A DNA stretch of 64,000 nt from Acidobacteriota bacterium. Its GTDB lineage: Bacteria; Acidobacteriota; UBA890; WLXD01. This document shows, in pieces, positions 45,797 through 54,950 of the stretch (positions are counted from its first letter, which is position 1; every line of letters starts with the position of its first letter). Under the pieces are notes generated by a model, which was not told the DNA's origin, did no database searches, and saw only the letters and a program-made list of their open reading frames with translations. The position numbers were made by a program, and so were the translations under genes. The stretch is taken from assembly GCA_963666215.2 (NCBI GenBank), contig CAXWPL010000003.1:96001-160000 (forward strand). Reading direction: 5' to 3'.

Positions 45797-46495
45797 CTAC
45801 CCCGTCATTTTCAAGCTCTCGACGGCAAGCAGCTCTTCGGGCACCTGGGGTCGCGGCGGCCGCTCGGCGGCGTGGGCTGCCGCGTAGCAGGCCCGAGCGC
45901 GCTCCTCGATAGCATCGAAGCGGTCGTTGGCAAGATCTTCCGCGGTGAACAAGCTGGCGACAAAGCCAACGCCGTAGACGCCAGCGGCAAACCAGTCGGC
46001 AACATTGTCGGCATCGACTCCCGAAGTCGGTACGACGCGCAGCATGGGTAGCGGCCCCATCAGCATGCGCACGTAGGCCGACCCTATTCCCGGCGTCGGG
46101 AACAGCTTCTGCAGCTGGGCACCGGCCCGATAGGCGGTGTACATCTCGGTCGCTGTGAAACCACCGGGCATGGCCACCACACCAGCGCTCCGGCAAGCGT
46201 CAATCACCCGCTCGTCGGTTGCCGGCGAAACGATGAAGCGGCCGCCCGCGGCGACGACCTTCTCGACCTGATCGGCGTGGAGAACGGTCCCTGCCCCCAC
46301 CACTACACCGTCGCGGCTGGAGAACTCCTCGATGAGCTCGTACACCCCCGGAACACTGAGAGTGAACTCGAGAATCCTGAAACCTCCGCGGGCGGCGGCG
46401 TCCATGGCGTCGGCGGCGCGCCGCTGCGGCTGCGTGCGCAGGATCGCCGAGGCGCGCTCCGTCCACAGAAATTCGAGAAATTCGTCGGGTTTCAT
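45797..46495 (-). CDS. eda: KDPG/KHG aldolase
   Basis: AILR, LEFT, VGAGTVL, FIVSP, PGGFTATE, KLFP and PTSGV motifs. Confidence 0.88.
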   Translation of the reverse strand: MKPDEFLEFLWTERASAILRTQPQRRAADAMDAAARGGFRILEFTLSVPGVYELIEEFSSRDGVVVGAGTVLHADQVEKVVAAGGRFIVSPATDERVIDACRSAGVVAMPGGFTATEMYTAYRAGAQLQKLFPTPGIGSAYVRMLMGPLPMLRVVPTSGVDADNVADWFAAGVYGVGFVASLFTAEDLANDRFDAIEERARACYAAAHAAERPPRPQVPEELLAVESLKMTG

Positions 46496-46540
46496 GTTGC
46501 CTCGCAAAGTGTTTGAAGATCGAGTGAATGGCAAAATGGC

Positions 46541-46710
46541 CGTCGCGACGGACGCCCTCCTTGAAGCACGTCGGCAGCAGGTTATTTCGGGGTCTCGAGA
46601 GCCACAACCGATCCTACCGAGGTAGCGACGTTGAGCCTGGCACCCGGATGCGATTGACTTGCGCTGGATCCACCGCACCGCTGCCGACGAAAACTCCCCA
46701 TCTCGCGACG
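46541..46710. ncRNA. Candidate structured RNA/leader in the divergent eda-DUF6503 intergenic region (family unknown)
   Basis: Nested inverted repeats: cgtcgcga/tcgcgacg, cgtcggcagc(a)ggt/accgctgccgacg, inner hairpins ctac-cgag-gtag and ccggatgcga/ttgcgctgg. Confidence 0.35.
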
Positions 46711-46719
46711 AGGCTCACC

Positions 46720-47517
46720 ATGAAAGAGAAACTTCTATCAACACGGAGCGCCGCATGGACGCTCGCGGCGACATGCCTGCTGGCCGCATTCGCTTTACCG
46801 AACGCCGTGGTGTCGGCGTTTGCGAGCTCGGCAGCTTTCGCGCCGGCGACCGTGGCGCTCGACGCCGCCGACGTGTTGGCGCGGAGCATCGCATACCACG
46901 ACCCCGAGGGGCGCTGGGCTCACAGCTCGTGGCGCCTGCAGCTGCGCTCCACACGGCCCATCGCCGGTCCAACCGAGACCTCGATCGTCATCGACAACGT
47001 CGCCGGCCGCTTCCATATGGAGCGCGACCGTTTTGGCAACGTCACCGAAACCACGGTCACCGGCGACGAATGCTGGACCCGCCTGAACGGCTCTTCCGAG
47101 ATCACCGAAGAGCAGACACGGCGCTTCAGCCTCGATTGCGAAGCAATGAAACGCATGCGCAACTACCACATCTTTCTGTACGGCCTGCCGATGAAGCTCA
47201 CCGATCCGGGCACCCGCCTCGATCCGGAGGCGCGCGAGACATCGTTCCAGGATCAGGACGTGCTCGCCCTCAAGGTCACGTACGACGAGGAGGTCGGAAC
47301 GGACATCTGGGACTTCTACTTCGACCCGTCCACCTACGCGCTGGTCGGCTACGGCTTCGTGCAAACCGATGGCGACAAGGAGTACGTCGTGCTGGTACGC
47401 GAAGCCCAGGGCGACGGCGTACGGCTGCCGAAGGTCCGTACCTGGTTCGACGTCAACGCCGACGACCGCCTGCTCGGCACCGACACGATCGTTTCCATCG
47501 AGCGCATCAGCCGTTGA
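46720..47517 (+). CDS. Secreted DUF6503-like protein
   Basis: Signal peptide; SIAYHDPEGRW, RNYHIFLYGLPMKLTDPG and VGTDIWDFYFD motifs. Confidence 0.75.
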   Translation: MKEKLLSTRSAAWTLAATCLLAAFALPNAVVSAFASSAAFAPATVALDAADVLARSIAYHDPEGRWAHSSWRLQLRSTRPIAGPTETSIVIDNVAGRFHMERDRFGNVTETTVTGDECWTRLNGSSEITEEQTRRFSLDCEAMKRMRNYHIFLYGLPMKLTDPGTRLDPEARETSFQDQDVLALKVTYDEEVGTDIWDFYFDPSTYALVGYGFVQTDGDKEYVVLVREAQGDGVRLPKVRTWFDVNADDRLLGTDTIVSIERISR

Positions 47518-48737
47518 GCTCGGAGGCCGCCGACAACCCGCCCGACCTGGCCCCCTGCATCGACTTCCTGCAGCGGCTGATCCGTACACCGGGCTTGCCC
47601 GGTGAGGAGGGCGCAACCGCCGAGCTGATGCGAGCCGAGATGGAGAAGCTCGGCTATGACGAGGTGAGCGTCGACGAGGTCGGCAACGTCGTCGGTCGGA
47701 TTCGCGGCACCGATCCCGGCAGCGCTCCGGAGGTGATGTTCAACACCCACCTCGACCATGTTGACGTGGGCGATCACGCAGCGTGGCCGCACCCTCCGTT
47801 TGGCGGCGAGATCCACGACAACCACGTTTGCGGTCGCGGAGCCGTTGACATCAAGGGACCGCTGGCGGCTCAGGTGTACGGCGTCGCGAGGATCTTGAAA
47901 GAGGCCTCGCGACCGGCCGCCGACGTGCTCGTCACGGCGGTCGTCCAGGAGGAAATCGGCGGCATCGGCGCTCGCTACCTCATGGAAAACATGCGTCCGC
48001 CGCTGGTGGTCGTGGGCGAGCCGAGCAGCAACAGCTTGCGCCGCGGTCACCGCGGACGCTCCGAGCTCACCGTGAGGGTCTTCGGAAAGAGCGTCCATGC
48101 CAGTGTGCCGGAAGAGGGGGTGAGCCCCTACGATGTTATCGGGCCCTTTCTGACTCGCCTTGGCGAGCTCGACATGCCCTATCAAGAGGACCTGGGACAC
48201 AGCAGCGTCGCTCCTACACTGGTGAGTAGCGACCAGACGAGTAGCAACGTGATTCCTTCACAGATCGATCTCGTGCTCGACTGGCGTCATGTGCCGGGCG
48301 AGAGCGGTGAGGATGCGCGCGCCAAGGCCCAGGCGCTCGCTGAAGACTGCCTGGTGGCGGGTGCTCGCGTCGAGGTCCTGCTCCCGACCTACCGCCGAGT
48401 TACCTACACCGGCCGCACGCAGGAACTCCACGGCAACAACCCGGCCTACATCCTGCCGATCGACCACCCCGCCGTTGCTGCCGCCTGCACGATTCTGCAG
48501 CCGGTGATCGGCACCACCGCTCCGGCCGACGTGGGCACCTGGCGCTTCGCGACCGACGGGGGTCATTTCGCCGCCGCTGGGTGCGCCTGCATCGGGTTTG
48601 GTCCCGGCGACGAGCTGCTCGCCCACACGATCAAGGAATCGATCCCGATCAGCGCGCTTGAAACCGCGCTCGATGGCAACCATCTGCTGGCGCGCGATCT
48701 CGCGGCAAGCGTAGCCACGTCGATGCCCAGAGCGTGA
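47514..48737 (+). CDS. M20 family metallo-hydrolase (ArgE/DapE/YgeY-like)
   Basis: HLDHV, GRGAVDIKG, QEE, VGEP, FATDG and GFGPG..AHT motifs; TTG start overlaps the previous stop. Confidence 0.9.
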   Translation: MSSEAADNPPDLAPCIDFLQRLIRTPGLPGEEGATAELMRAEMEKLGYDEVSVDEVGNVVGRIRGTDPGSAPEVMFNTHLDHVDVGDHAAWPHPPFGGEIHDNHVCGRGAVDIKGPLAAQVYGVARILKEASRPAADVLVTAVVQEEIGGIGARYLMENMRPPLVVVGEPSSNSLRRGHRGRSELTVRVFGKSVHASVPEEGVSPYDVIGPFLTRLGELDMPYQEDLGHSSVAPTLVSSDQTSSNVIPSQIDLVLDWRHVPGESGEDARAKAQALAEDCLVAGARVEVLLPTYRRVTYTGRTQELHGNNPAYILPIDHPAVAAACTILQPVIGTTAPADVGTWRFATDGGHFAAAGCACIGFGPGDELLAHTIKESIPISALETALDGNHLLARDLAASVATSMPRA

Positions 48738-48749
48738 GGATCTGACGAC

Positions 48750-48965
48750 GTGCGGACGCCGATCGTCGCCGCCCTCACTGGTTGGGCGGGCCGCCTGCGA
48801 TATCCCTATCTCTTCGCTCTGACGGCCGGGCTGTTCGTACTGGACCTGCTCATCCCCGACATGATCCCGCTAGCCGACGAGATCCTGTTGGGTTTGGCCG
48901 CTGTGCTTCTGGGCTCGCGCCAGGATCGCTCAGGACAGCCTGGACCACCCCGAGCCGATCCCTAG
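48750..48965 (+). CDS. Small membrane protein (DUF6116-like)
   Basis: RLRYPYLF..LFVLDLLIPDMIPLADEILLGL. Confidence 0.75.
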   Translation: MRTPIVAALTGWAGRLRYPYLFALTAGLFVLDLLIPDMIPLADEILLGLAAVLLGSRQDRSGQPGPPRADP

Positions 48966-49070
48966 GTGTGTTTTCTGGGCAGGTTGTTCACGACCTGACA
49001 CCTGGAAGTCGATCGGTGTTGTGATGCCGATGCCGGCAGGGTGGAGGGGTCCGAGGGGCAGCGGGTCTCG

Positions 49071-50546
49071 CTAGGTGACAACGAAGTCGCGCACGTGCTC
49101 CTCGGCCATCGGCTTCGTCGCCAGAGAAACGAAGACAAGGACGACCAGATTGGCGACGAGCCCGAAGATCCCGGGCTGGATTCCCTGCCACTGCAGGCTC
49201 GGAACACGGTCGAACAGCACGACAACCGCCACTCCCGTCAGCAGGCCGGCGATCACGCCTGGGGCCGTGGCGCGAGCCCAGAAGAAGGTAGCGAGCAACA
49301 CCGGCGCAATCTGAACAAGAAAGCCGTACGACAGCAACAGGAGCAAGACGATCGACATCTCCGAGACGACGGCGAAGTAGTAGGCCACCGCGGCGATGAG
49401 GATGACGACGATACGGATCAGCTGTGTTTCCTGAGCGTCGGTCAGGCTCGGACGGAACAGCGCGCGATAGAAGTCGCGGATCATGATCGAGCCCGCCGCG
49501 TGAACGATGGCGTCGCCGGTCGACATCGAGGCGGCGAGCGCGCCGGCGCAGAACAGCCCAACAACGAAGGCCGGCAGCTGCATCGACATCAGAATCGTCG
49601 GCAGAATGGCGTCGGCCGGCGTCACGCCAGGATGCGCCAGTATCCCGGCAAAGCCAATGAACATGATCGGAATCAGGAAGATCTGGAAGGTCGGGTAGAA
49701 GACGATCGTCTTCTTGAGGACCGCCTCACTGCGGGCCGTGTAGATCTTCATGAAGTAGTGAGGCCACAGCGAGAATCCGATCGCCGAGACCGCGATGGCG
49801 CTCGAGTAGCCACCCCAGGTCCACGGGTTTCCCGCGGCATCGAGACCCGGCGCGGCCAGCATTTCCGTCGCCCGTGGGGCTCTTTCCAGAATCGCCTCGA
49901 ACATCGCGCCCACGCCGCCGTACAGCCGCCACGGCAAGTAGAGACCGAGCCCCCAGGCGAGCACCATCATGAAGACGCCCTGGAAGGTGTTGGTCCAGCC
50001 GACGCCCATCACACCGCTGCCGTAGACGTAGATGAGAACCACGCCATAGGCGATCGCCGCACCGAGCCAGGCCGGCACGCGTCCTTCGGTGACAACCTCG
50101 AAGACGTAGCCGGCGCCCTGCATCTGCAGAGTCAGATAGGGCAGGAAGGCGAGCAGGCTGATCAGCGCCAGGATCGCCGACAGCCACCGGCTTTGGAAGC
50201 GATCGGCGAACAGCTCCGCCTGGGTCACGTATCCGCGTTGACGACCGAGTCGCGCCACACGCGGACCGAAAAAGTACCAGGGAATCAGCCCCACCGTCCC
50301 ATACGACAGGATGTAGAACGCAGCGGCGCCGCGTGAGTAGGCCCATCCCGGGCCACCCAAGAAAGCGAAGGCAGAGAAGATCGACGCCCCCATGATGAAG
50401 TACATCACCAGGAAGCCGAGCGACCGATCGCCAGCCACGTATCCTTCGGTTGTCTTCGAAGAGCCGCGGCCCGACGCCAAGCCCACCGCGAGTGACAGCA
50501 GCAGATAGCCCATCGTCACGGCGGAAACTACGACCCAGCTCTCCAT
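49071..50546 (-). CDS. Sodium:solute symporter family protein
   Basis: FSAFAFLGGPG, YLTLQMQGAG, WTNTFQG and AASMST motifs. Confidence 0.92.
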   Translation of the reverse strand: MESWVVVSAVTMGYLLLSLAVGLASGRGSSKTTEGYVAGDRSLGFLVMYFIMGASIFSAFAFLGGPGWAYSRGAAAFYILSYGTVGLIPWYFFGPRVARLGRQRGYVTQAELFADRFQSRWLSAILALISLLAFLPYLTLQMQGAGYVFEVVTEGRVPAWLGAAIAYGVVLIYVYGSGVMGVGWTNTFQGVFMMVLAWGLGLYLPWRLYGGVGAMFEAILERAPRATEMLAAPGLDAAGNPWTWGGYSSAIAVSAIGFSLWPHYFMKIYTARSEAVLKKTIVFYPTFQIFLIPIMFIGFAGILAHPGVTPADAILPTILMSMQLPAFVVGLFCAGALAASMSTGDAIVHAAGSIMIRDFYRALFRPSLTDAQETQLIRIVVILIAAVAYYFAVVSEMSIVLLLLLSYGFLVQIAPVLLATFFWARATAPGVIAGLLTGVAVVVLFDRVPSLQWQGIQPGIFGLVANLVVLVFVSLATKPMAEEHVRDFVVT

Positions 50547-50815
50547 CAGCGTTCGTCGGCTCCGGCGATGACGCCGCTGCGCAGCTCCCAAACGAACAGA
50601 GCCAAGGCAACGCCGAAAGAAACCACGACCAGTGCCGCCAGGTAAAAGAGACCGAACGGCATGCCGAGCAACAGTGGCCGCGCGCGCGCGAACCATGGGT
50701 AGATTGGCCACATCATCGCGGCGAAGACGACCACGAAGTAAATCGTCGCCGCCGCGTAAACACGGCGCTGCGGAGCAGACAGCTTGCTCGATTGCAGGCG
50801 CGGACGAGTGTCCAC
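50546..50815 (-). CDS. Small two-TM partner of the SSS transporter (DUF3311/DUF997-like)
   Basis: WPIYPWFARARPLLLGMPFGLFY; stop overlaps the SSS start. Confidence 0.7.
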   Translation of the reverse strand: MDTRPRLQSSKLSAPQRRVYAAATIYFVVVFAAMMWPIYPWFARARPLLLGMPFGLFYLAALVVVSFGVALALFVWELRSGVIAGADER

Positions 50816-50972
50816 TCCGACCTCCGTTGTAGCAGAGTGATCTACGAAGACCGCCGAGCGCCACGAGCCCTTTGGAAGGCTCGCACCAGCGGTCGAGACG
50901 GCCGCCACAATAGCGACCTTGGCGGCCGCCCGCCAGGAGGCCCGGCTCATGTTGAGCCGCCGAATGCGTCGC

Positions 50973-51395
50973 TCAGTCTTCCAAATCGGCGGGACGACGT
51001 CGCTTTTTGGTCTGGCTGCGCTGACGCTTGGCCTCCAGCCGCCTCGACTTCGAGGCCCGCGTGGGCCGCGTCGGCTGACGTTCCCGGCTTGGTAGCAGAG
51101 CCGCGCGCATGAGCTCCACGAACCGCTCGGTGGCTCGGCGGCGATTGGCTACCTGCGAGCGTCCACTCTGCGACGTGACGCTGAGGATCCCGTCCTTGGA
51201 GATCCGCGTCCGGAGTGCCTGCCTCAGTTTCTGGCGTTGATCCTCGTCGAGGCTGGGGGAACGGTCCACGTCGAACCTGAGGGTGACGCGCGAGCTCACC
51301 TTGTTGACATGCTGCCCTCCCGGCCCGCTGCTCCGCGAGGCGCGGAACTCCAGCTCCGAGCGGCGAATCGACGTTTCGGCATTTATGATGATCAT
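50973..51395 (-). CDS. arfB: Alternative ribosome-rescue peptidyl-tRNA hydrolase
   Basis: SSGPGGQHVNK, RSQVANR and basic tail PTRASKSRRLEAKRQRS. Confidence 0.93.
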   Translation of the reverse strand: MIIINAETSIRRSELEFRASRSSGPGGQHVNKVSSRVTLRFDVDRSPSLDEDQRQKLRQALRTRISKDGILSVTSQSGRSQVANRRRATERFVELMRAALLPSRERQPTRPTRASKSRRLEAKRQRSQTKKRRRPADLED

Positions 51396-51483
51396 TACTA
51401 GCTAACAATAACTTTTGAGATGGTTAATTGTCTTTTGAGATCTATTCTTATGTAAAATAATCTTTTACTGTCTAATTGTCACC
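51396..51483. promoter_or_regulatory. AT-rich divergent promoter with direct and inverted repeats
   Basis: cttttgagat at 51412 and 51432; gtaaaa-n5-ttttac at 51452-51468; taattgtc twice. Confidence 0.55.
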
Positions 51484-53691
51484 ATGCTCCAACTCACACA
51501 GGACCTCATGTCGAACCAGCAAAAGCTCGCCGTCTACGTCCGGTGGCTGAGCTTCCTGGCGCTGATCTATCTGTTGTCGTTCGGCGCCCCGGGCTCGATT
51601 GCACCGCAGGTCGCGCTGATTGTCGTGGCTGCGCTATCGAACGTCGGCTTGTCGCGTCTCTCCGTCGCCATGTGGGACCATCCCGTCTTGCTGCCTGCGA
51701 TCACGCTGCTCGACGTCTCGATCCTGACAAGCAGCATGGTCCTCGGCAGCGGTTTCAATCGGGACCTGCTGTTCGTCTACTTCGTTCTCGTGGCGTTGGT
51801 TGCCGCGGCGCCGAGCCTGAAATGGGGAACGGCGGCCGCGGCGGGAGCTTTGAGCGGCTACGCGGTCTACCTTTCGCTCGAGAACGGTAGAGCACTTCTG
51901 CAAAGCCCGGAGCTCATCGGGCAGATCGGCCTGCTCTTCAGCGCCGCCATCGTGTACGCGGGCTTGACTGAAGCCAGCAAGGTACGGCTCCAGGAAGCCG
52001 CCGCGCAAGGGCAACTCGTGAGCTGGGTCGACAAGATGAGCGCTGCGTTTTCGGAGGATTTCGACGCCATCGAGCTCATCCGACAAGTGCTCATCGACGC
52101 CCAACGGACCTTCTCCGGCAACGCTCGCAGCTCTCTCGTAGAGCTCACCGGCGAAGTCTTTCAGGTCATCGCCTCGAGCGACGATCGAGAGTTTCGCGAC
52201 AGGCCGCTCAACCTCGACCTTTACCCGGAGCTGCGGCTCGTGGTGAACGGCACCGAGCCTATCGTCATCGACGACATCAAGAAGGACCCCATCACCGCAC
52301 CCGTGCGCGAGCAGGTCGAAGGGCTCGAATTCTCCTCGCTACTGATCTGCCCTGTGCTACTCGATGGTGACAGCAACGACGGCATGGGTCACATCGTGCT
52401 GCGTGTGGCGCGATCTCACGGCGTGTTCACGCCGAGTCAGGTCGCGACAGCACAACACCTCGCCAGCGCCATCGCTCTCATCTTCCGACATGCGCGGATG
52501 CGCGACAGCGTCGAGAAGAACGAACGCATGCCCTTGGTGACCCAGATCACCTCGGGCGTCTCAGACAGCTTTGGTGACATCTTGCAGACTGTCCTGGTTT
52601 CGGCGGAGCTCTTGCGCAAGGAGGTCGTGCGTCAGCAGAACGGCGGCGGCGTGGTCCGCTTCGACCGCGAGGCGATGAGTCGATTCGACGCCATCGACGT
52701 AGCCGTCAGGGAGGGACTGACCATCACGGAGCGCCTTGGCGCCTGGACGCAACTGGGTAACGAGGCCGGCTCAGCCGAGGCTAGAGACCATCAGGTGCTC
52801 GCCCCGGCATCGGTGATGGAAGACGCATGGAGGTATGCGCAGCCCCACTGGATCAAGCGATCGGCCTCCCGCCCGCTGGAGTTCGGCACCGCCATCGAAG
52901 TCGACCCGCCCAAGATCACCGGCAACGCCGCCGAGCTGCGCGAGGTGCTGATCCATTTGATCGAAAACGCGATCGACGCGATGCCGAAAGGAGGCGTGCT
53001 CACCCTCGGGTTGCGTTCGACGGAAGACTCGGTCGTCTTCACCGTTAGCGACACGGGCGTCGGCATCGCGCCAGAAAACCGCCACAAGATCTTCGATCCG
53101 CTGTTCACCACCAAGGGATCGGCTGGTACCGGGCTGGGCCTGAACATCGCCAAGTCGATGGCGACGCGCCACAACGGCACTCTGCGGCTCGACCCTACGA
53201 CCTCGATCGGTACCAGCTTCGAATTCAGCCTGCCGATTGCGACCGATCAGGAAGAGCTCGACGACGGAGCCGAGCCAGTCGCGCTCGCCGCGCCATCGCG
53301 TCGTGTGCTCCTGGTGGAGAACAACCGGCAGGTTCGCGACGTCATGGAACGGGCGCTAGAGGCGTCAGACATTGATGTCGATACCGTGGCATCGGTCGAC
53401 GAAGCAGAGGTCTTGCTCCAGACAGAGCGGCACTACGACGGCCTGGTGGTCGACGCCCAAATCCCGCCGAGCAGCCTTGGCAGCTTCCTCGATGCCGTGC
53501 TCGAGTCGCGCCCCGAGTTGTCGACGCGAGTGTTGTTCTATTCGAACGGTCGCCCATCGAGCACCGTCGTAGATCTTCAAGCCGGCTACGGCTACAGCTA
53601 CGTCGACCGATCGGCCGGCCTGGCGGCCCTCAAGGACGCCCTCGAGAAGCTCTCGAGTGGCGGCAGCCAACAACGGCACCAGGCCGCTTGA
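51484..53691 (+). CDS. Membrane-bound GAF-HATPase-receiver hybrid histidine-kinase-like protein
   Basis: TM N-terminus, GAF-like region, N box (LIENAIDAM), G1 (DTGVGI), F (FTTK) and G2 (GTGLGL) boxes, C-terminal REC-like domain. Confidence 0.85.
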   Translation: MLQLTQDLMSNQQKLAVYVRWLSFLALIYLLSFGAPGSIAPQVALIVVAALSNVGLSRLSVAMWDHPVLLPAITLLDVSILTSSMVLGSGFNRDLLFVYFVLVALVAAAPSLKWGTAAAAGALSGYAVYLSLENGRALLQSPELIGQIGLLFSAAIVYAGLTEASKVRLQEAAAQGQLVSWVDKMSAAFSEDFDAIELIRQVLIDAQRTFSGNARSSLVELTGEVFQVIASSDDREFRDRPLNLDLYPELRLVVNGTEPIVIDDIKKDPITAPVREQVEGLEFSSLLICPVLLDGDSNDGMGHIVLRVARSHGVFTPSQVATAQHLASAIALIFRHARMRDSVEKNERMPLVTQITSGVSDSFGDILQTVLVSAELLRKEVVRQQNGGGVVRFDREAMSRFDAIDVAVREGLTITERLGAWTQLGNEAGSAEARDHQVLAPASVMEDAWRYAQPHWIKRSASRPLEFGTAIEVDPPKITGNAAELREVLIHLIENAIDAMPKGGVLTLGLRSTEDSVVFTVSDTGVGIAPENRHKIFDPLFTTKGSAGTGLGLNIAKSMATRHNGTLRLDPTTSIGTSFEFSLPIATDQEELDDGAEPVALAAPSRRVLLVENNRQVRDVMERALEASDIDVDTVASVDEAEVLLQTERHYDGLVVDAQIPPSSLGSFLDAVLESRPELSTRVLFYSNGRPSSTVVDLQAGYGYSYVDRSAGLAALKDALEKLSSGGSQQRHQAA

Positions 53692-53844
53692 GGCGCCGCG
53701 GCCTGTAAGCCTCCATACGACCTCGCAGAGCCCGAGCCTGGCGCCGCCGGCACCTGCCGGCCAGCAAGTGCGACAATCGTCTGCAACCGCACGCCGATGC
53801 GCGTACGATTTTCGGAAGGCGATCGACACTTGTCCGGAGGCACT

Positions 53845-54885
53845 ATGACTGGCAGGAGCTCCAGGCTGAAAGCACTGACGGCCGGCAGCGGCCTCGTTCT
53901 GATGGCGGCTTCGATTGGCGCCACTGCGGCCGTTGCCCATGCGGCGGCGAGAGGCGGCGGGCAGGCGGCCCAGCAACCCGAGGGCTACCGGCAGATGCTG
54001 CCGCGCGGAGGGATCCCGGCGATCGACGAGCCGCAGTGGGTCGCTGCGAGCGAGGCCAACATACCGGGCCCGGCCTATGTGTTCGGCATCGTCGTCGAAG
54101 GGCAAGCACGCGCCTTCAGCATCAACCTGTTGAACACGCATGAGGTGGTCAACGACAAGATCGGTGCGACCGCCTACGCCGCCGTTTGGTGACCGCTCGC
54201 CAACACGGCTGTCGTGTACAGCCGCGCCTATGGCGGACGCGAGCTCAACTTTGAAGCCTCTGGAGGCCTGATCAACGCCTCGCTGGTAATGCAGGATCGC
54301 GAGACCAGCTCGTACTGGCCCCTCATGAGCGGCAAGTCTCTCGCCGGCGAGTACGAGGGCACCCCCCTCGAGGAGCTTCCGACCGGCGAAAAGGTCCGCT
54401 GGCGCGAGTGGAAGGCCGCTCACCCCGACACACTCGTGCTGTCGGTAAACGGGCGGCAGCATGCTGGCGATGCGTACGCTAGCTACTGGACCGACCCCGA
54501 CGGCTTCAGTGGCTTCACCGCGGAAGACGATCGCCTCGAAACAAAAACGCCGATCTACGCCTTCCGGTCGGGCGACGTGAGCTACGCCGTCGAACTGGCA
54601 AAGGTCTCGGGCGGTCACAGCTTCGACGCCGACGGCAAGCAGATCTTCCTGTATCGCAAGCCGAACGACCCCCTGTTCGCCTCGACCGCGGCGTACATGA
54701 CCAGCGGCGCCGGCTTCGTCGAACGGGACGGGATCTGGGTTCACGTCGATTCGGGAGCAACCTTCGACGACGCGTCGGGCGAATTCACCGGCGCAGCGCC
54801 TGGCGAGATCGAACGCCTGCCGGGCTTCGATACCTTCTGGTACAACTGGAGCCTCACCAACCCCGACACCGAGTTGCTCGAGTAG
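53845..54885 (+). CDS. DUF3179 family selenoprotein (UGA=Sec at 54190-54192)
   Basis: ORFs 53797-54192 and 54214-54885 share one frame: GIPAIDEP...HEVVND...AVW-U-PLANTAVVY...LVMQDRETSSYW; hairpin right after the UGA. Confidence 0.85.
54193..54235 (+). promoter_or_regulatory. Bacterial SECIS-like hairpin
   Basis: 13 nt after UGA: stem cggctgt (54206-12), loop cgtgt, acagccg (54218-24); lower stem cgcca/tggcg. Confidence 0.7.
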
Positions 54886-54950
54886 CGCCGCCCAGAAATC
54901 CGCTCCAGGTAGAAAACAAGCGCAAGCAAGATCGCAGTGCGACCCGTCCG

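Noticed and set aside
46610-46670. SAH-riboswitch-like CCAGGCTC/AACGTCGCT on the minus strand
   Set aside because: The 5' GAGGAGCGCUGC half is absent and the adjacent genes are unrelated to SAH metabolism.
42537-48737. Apparent long N-terminal extensions or fusions of the S9 (to 46196) and M20 (from 46659) ORFs
   Set aside because: The extensions overlap eda and the DUF6503-like gene in other frames. The true starts are downstream.
9648-54192. Genome-wide stop-codon reassignment
   Set aside because: TAG and TGA both terminate many intact genes here, and only one internal case of each was found.
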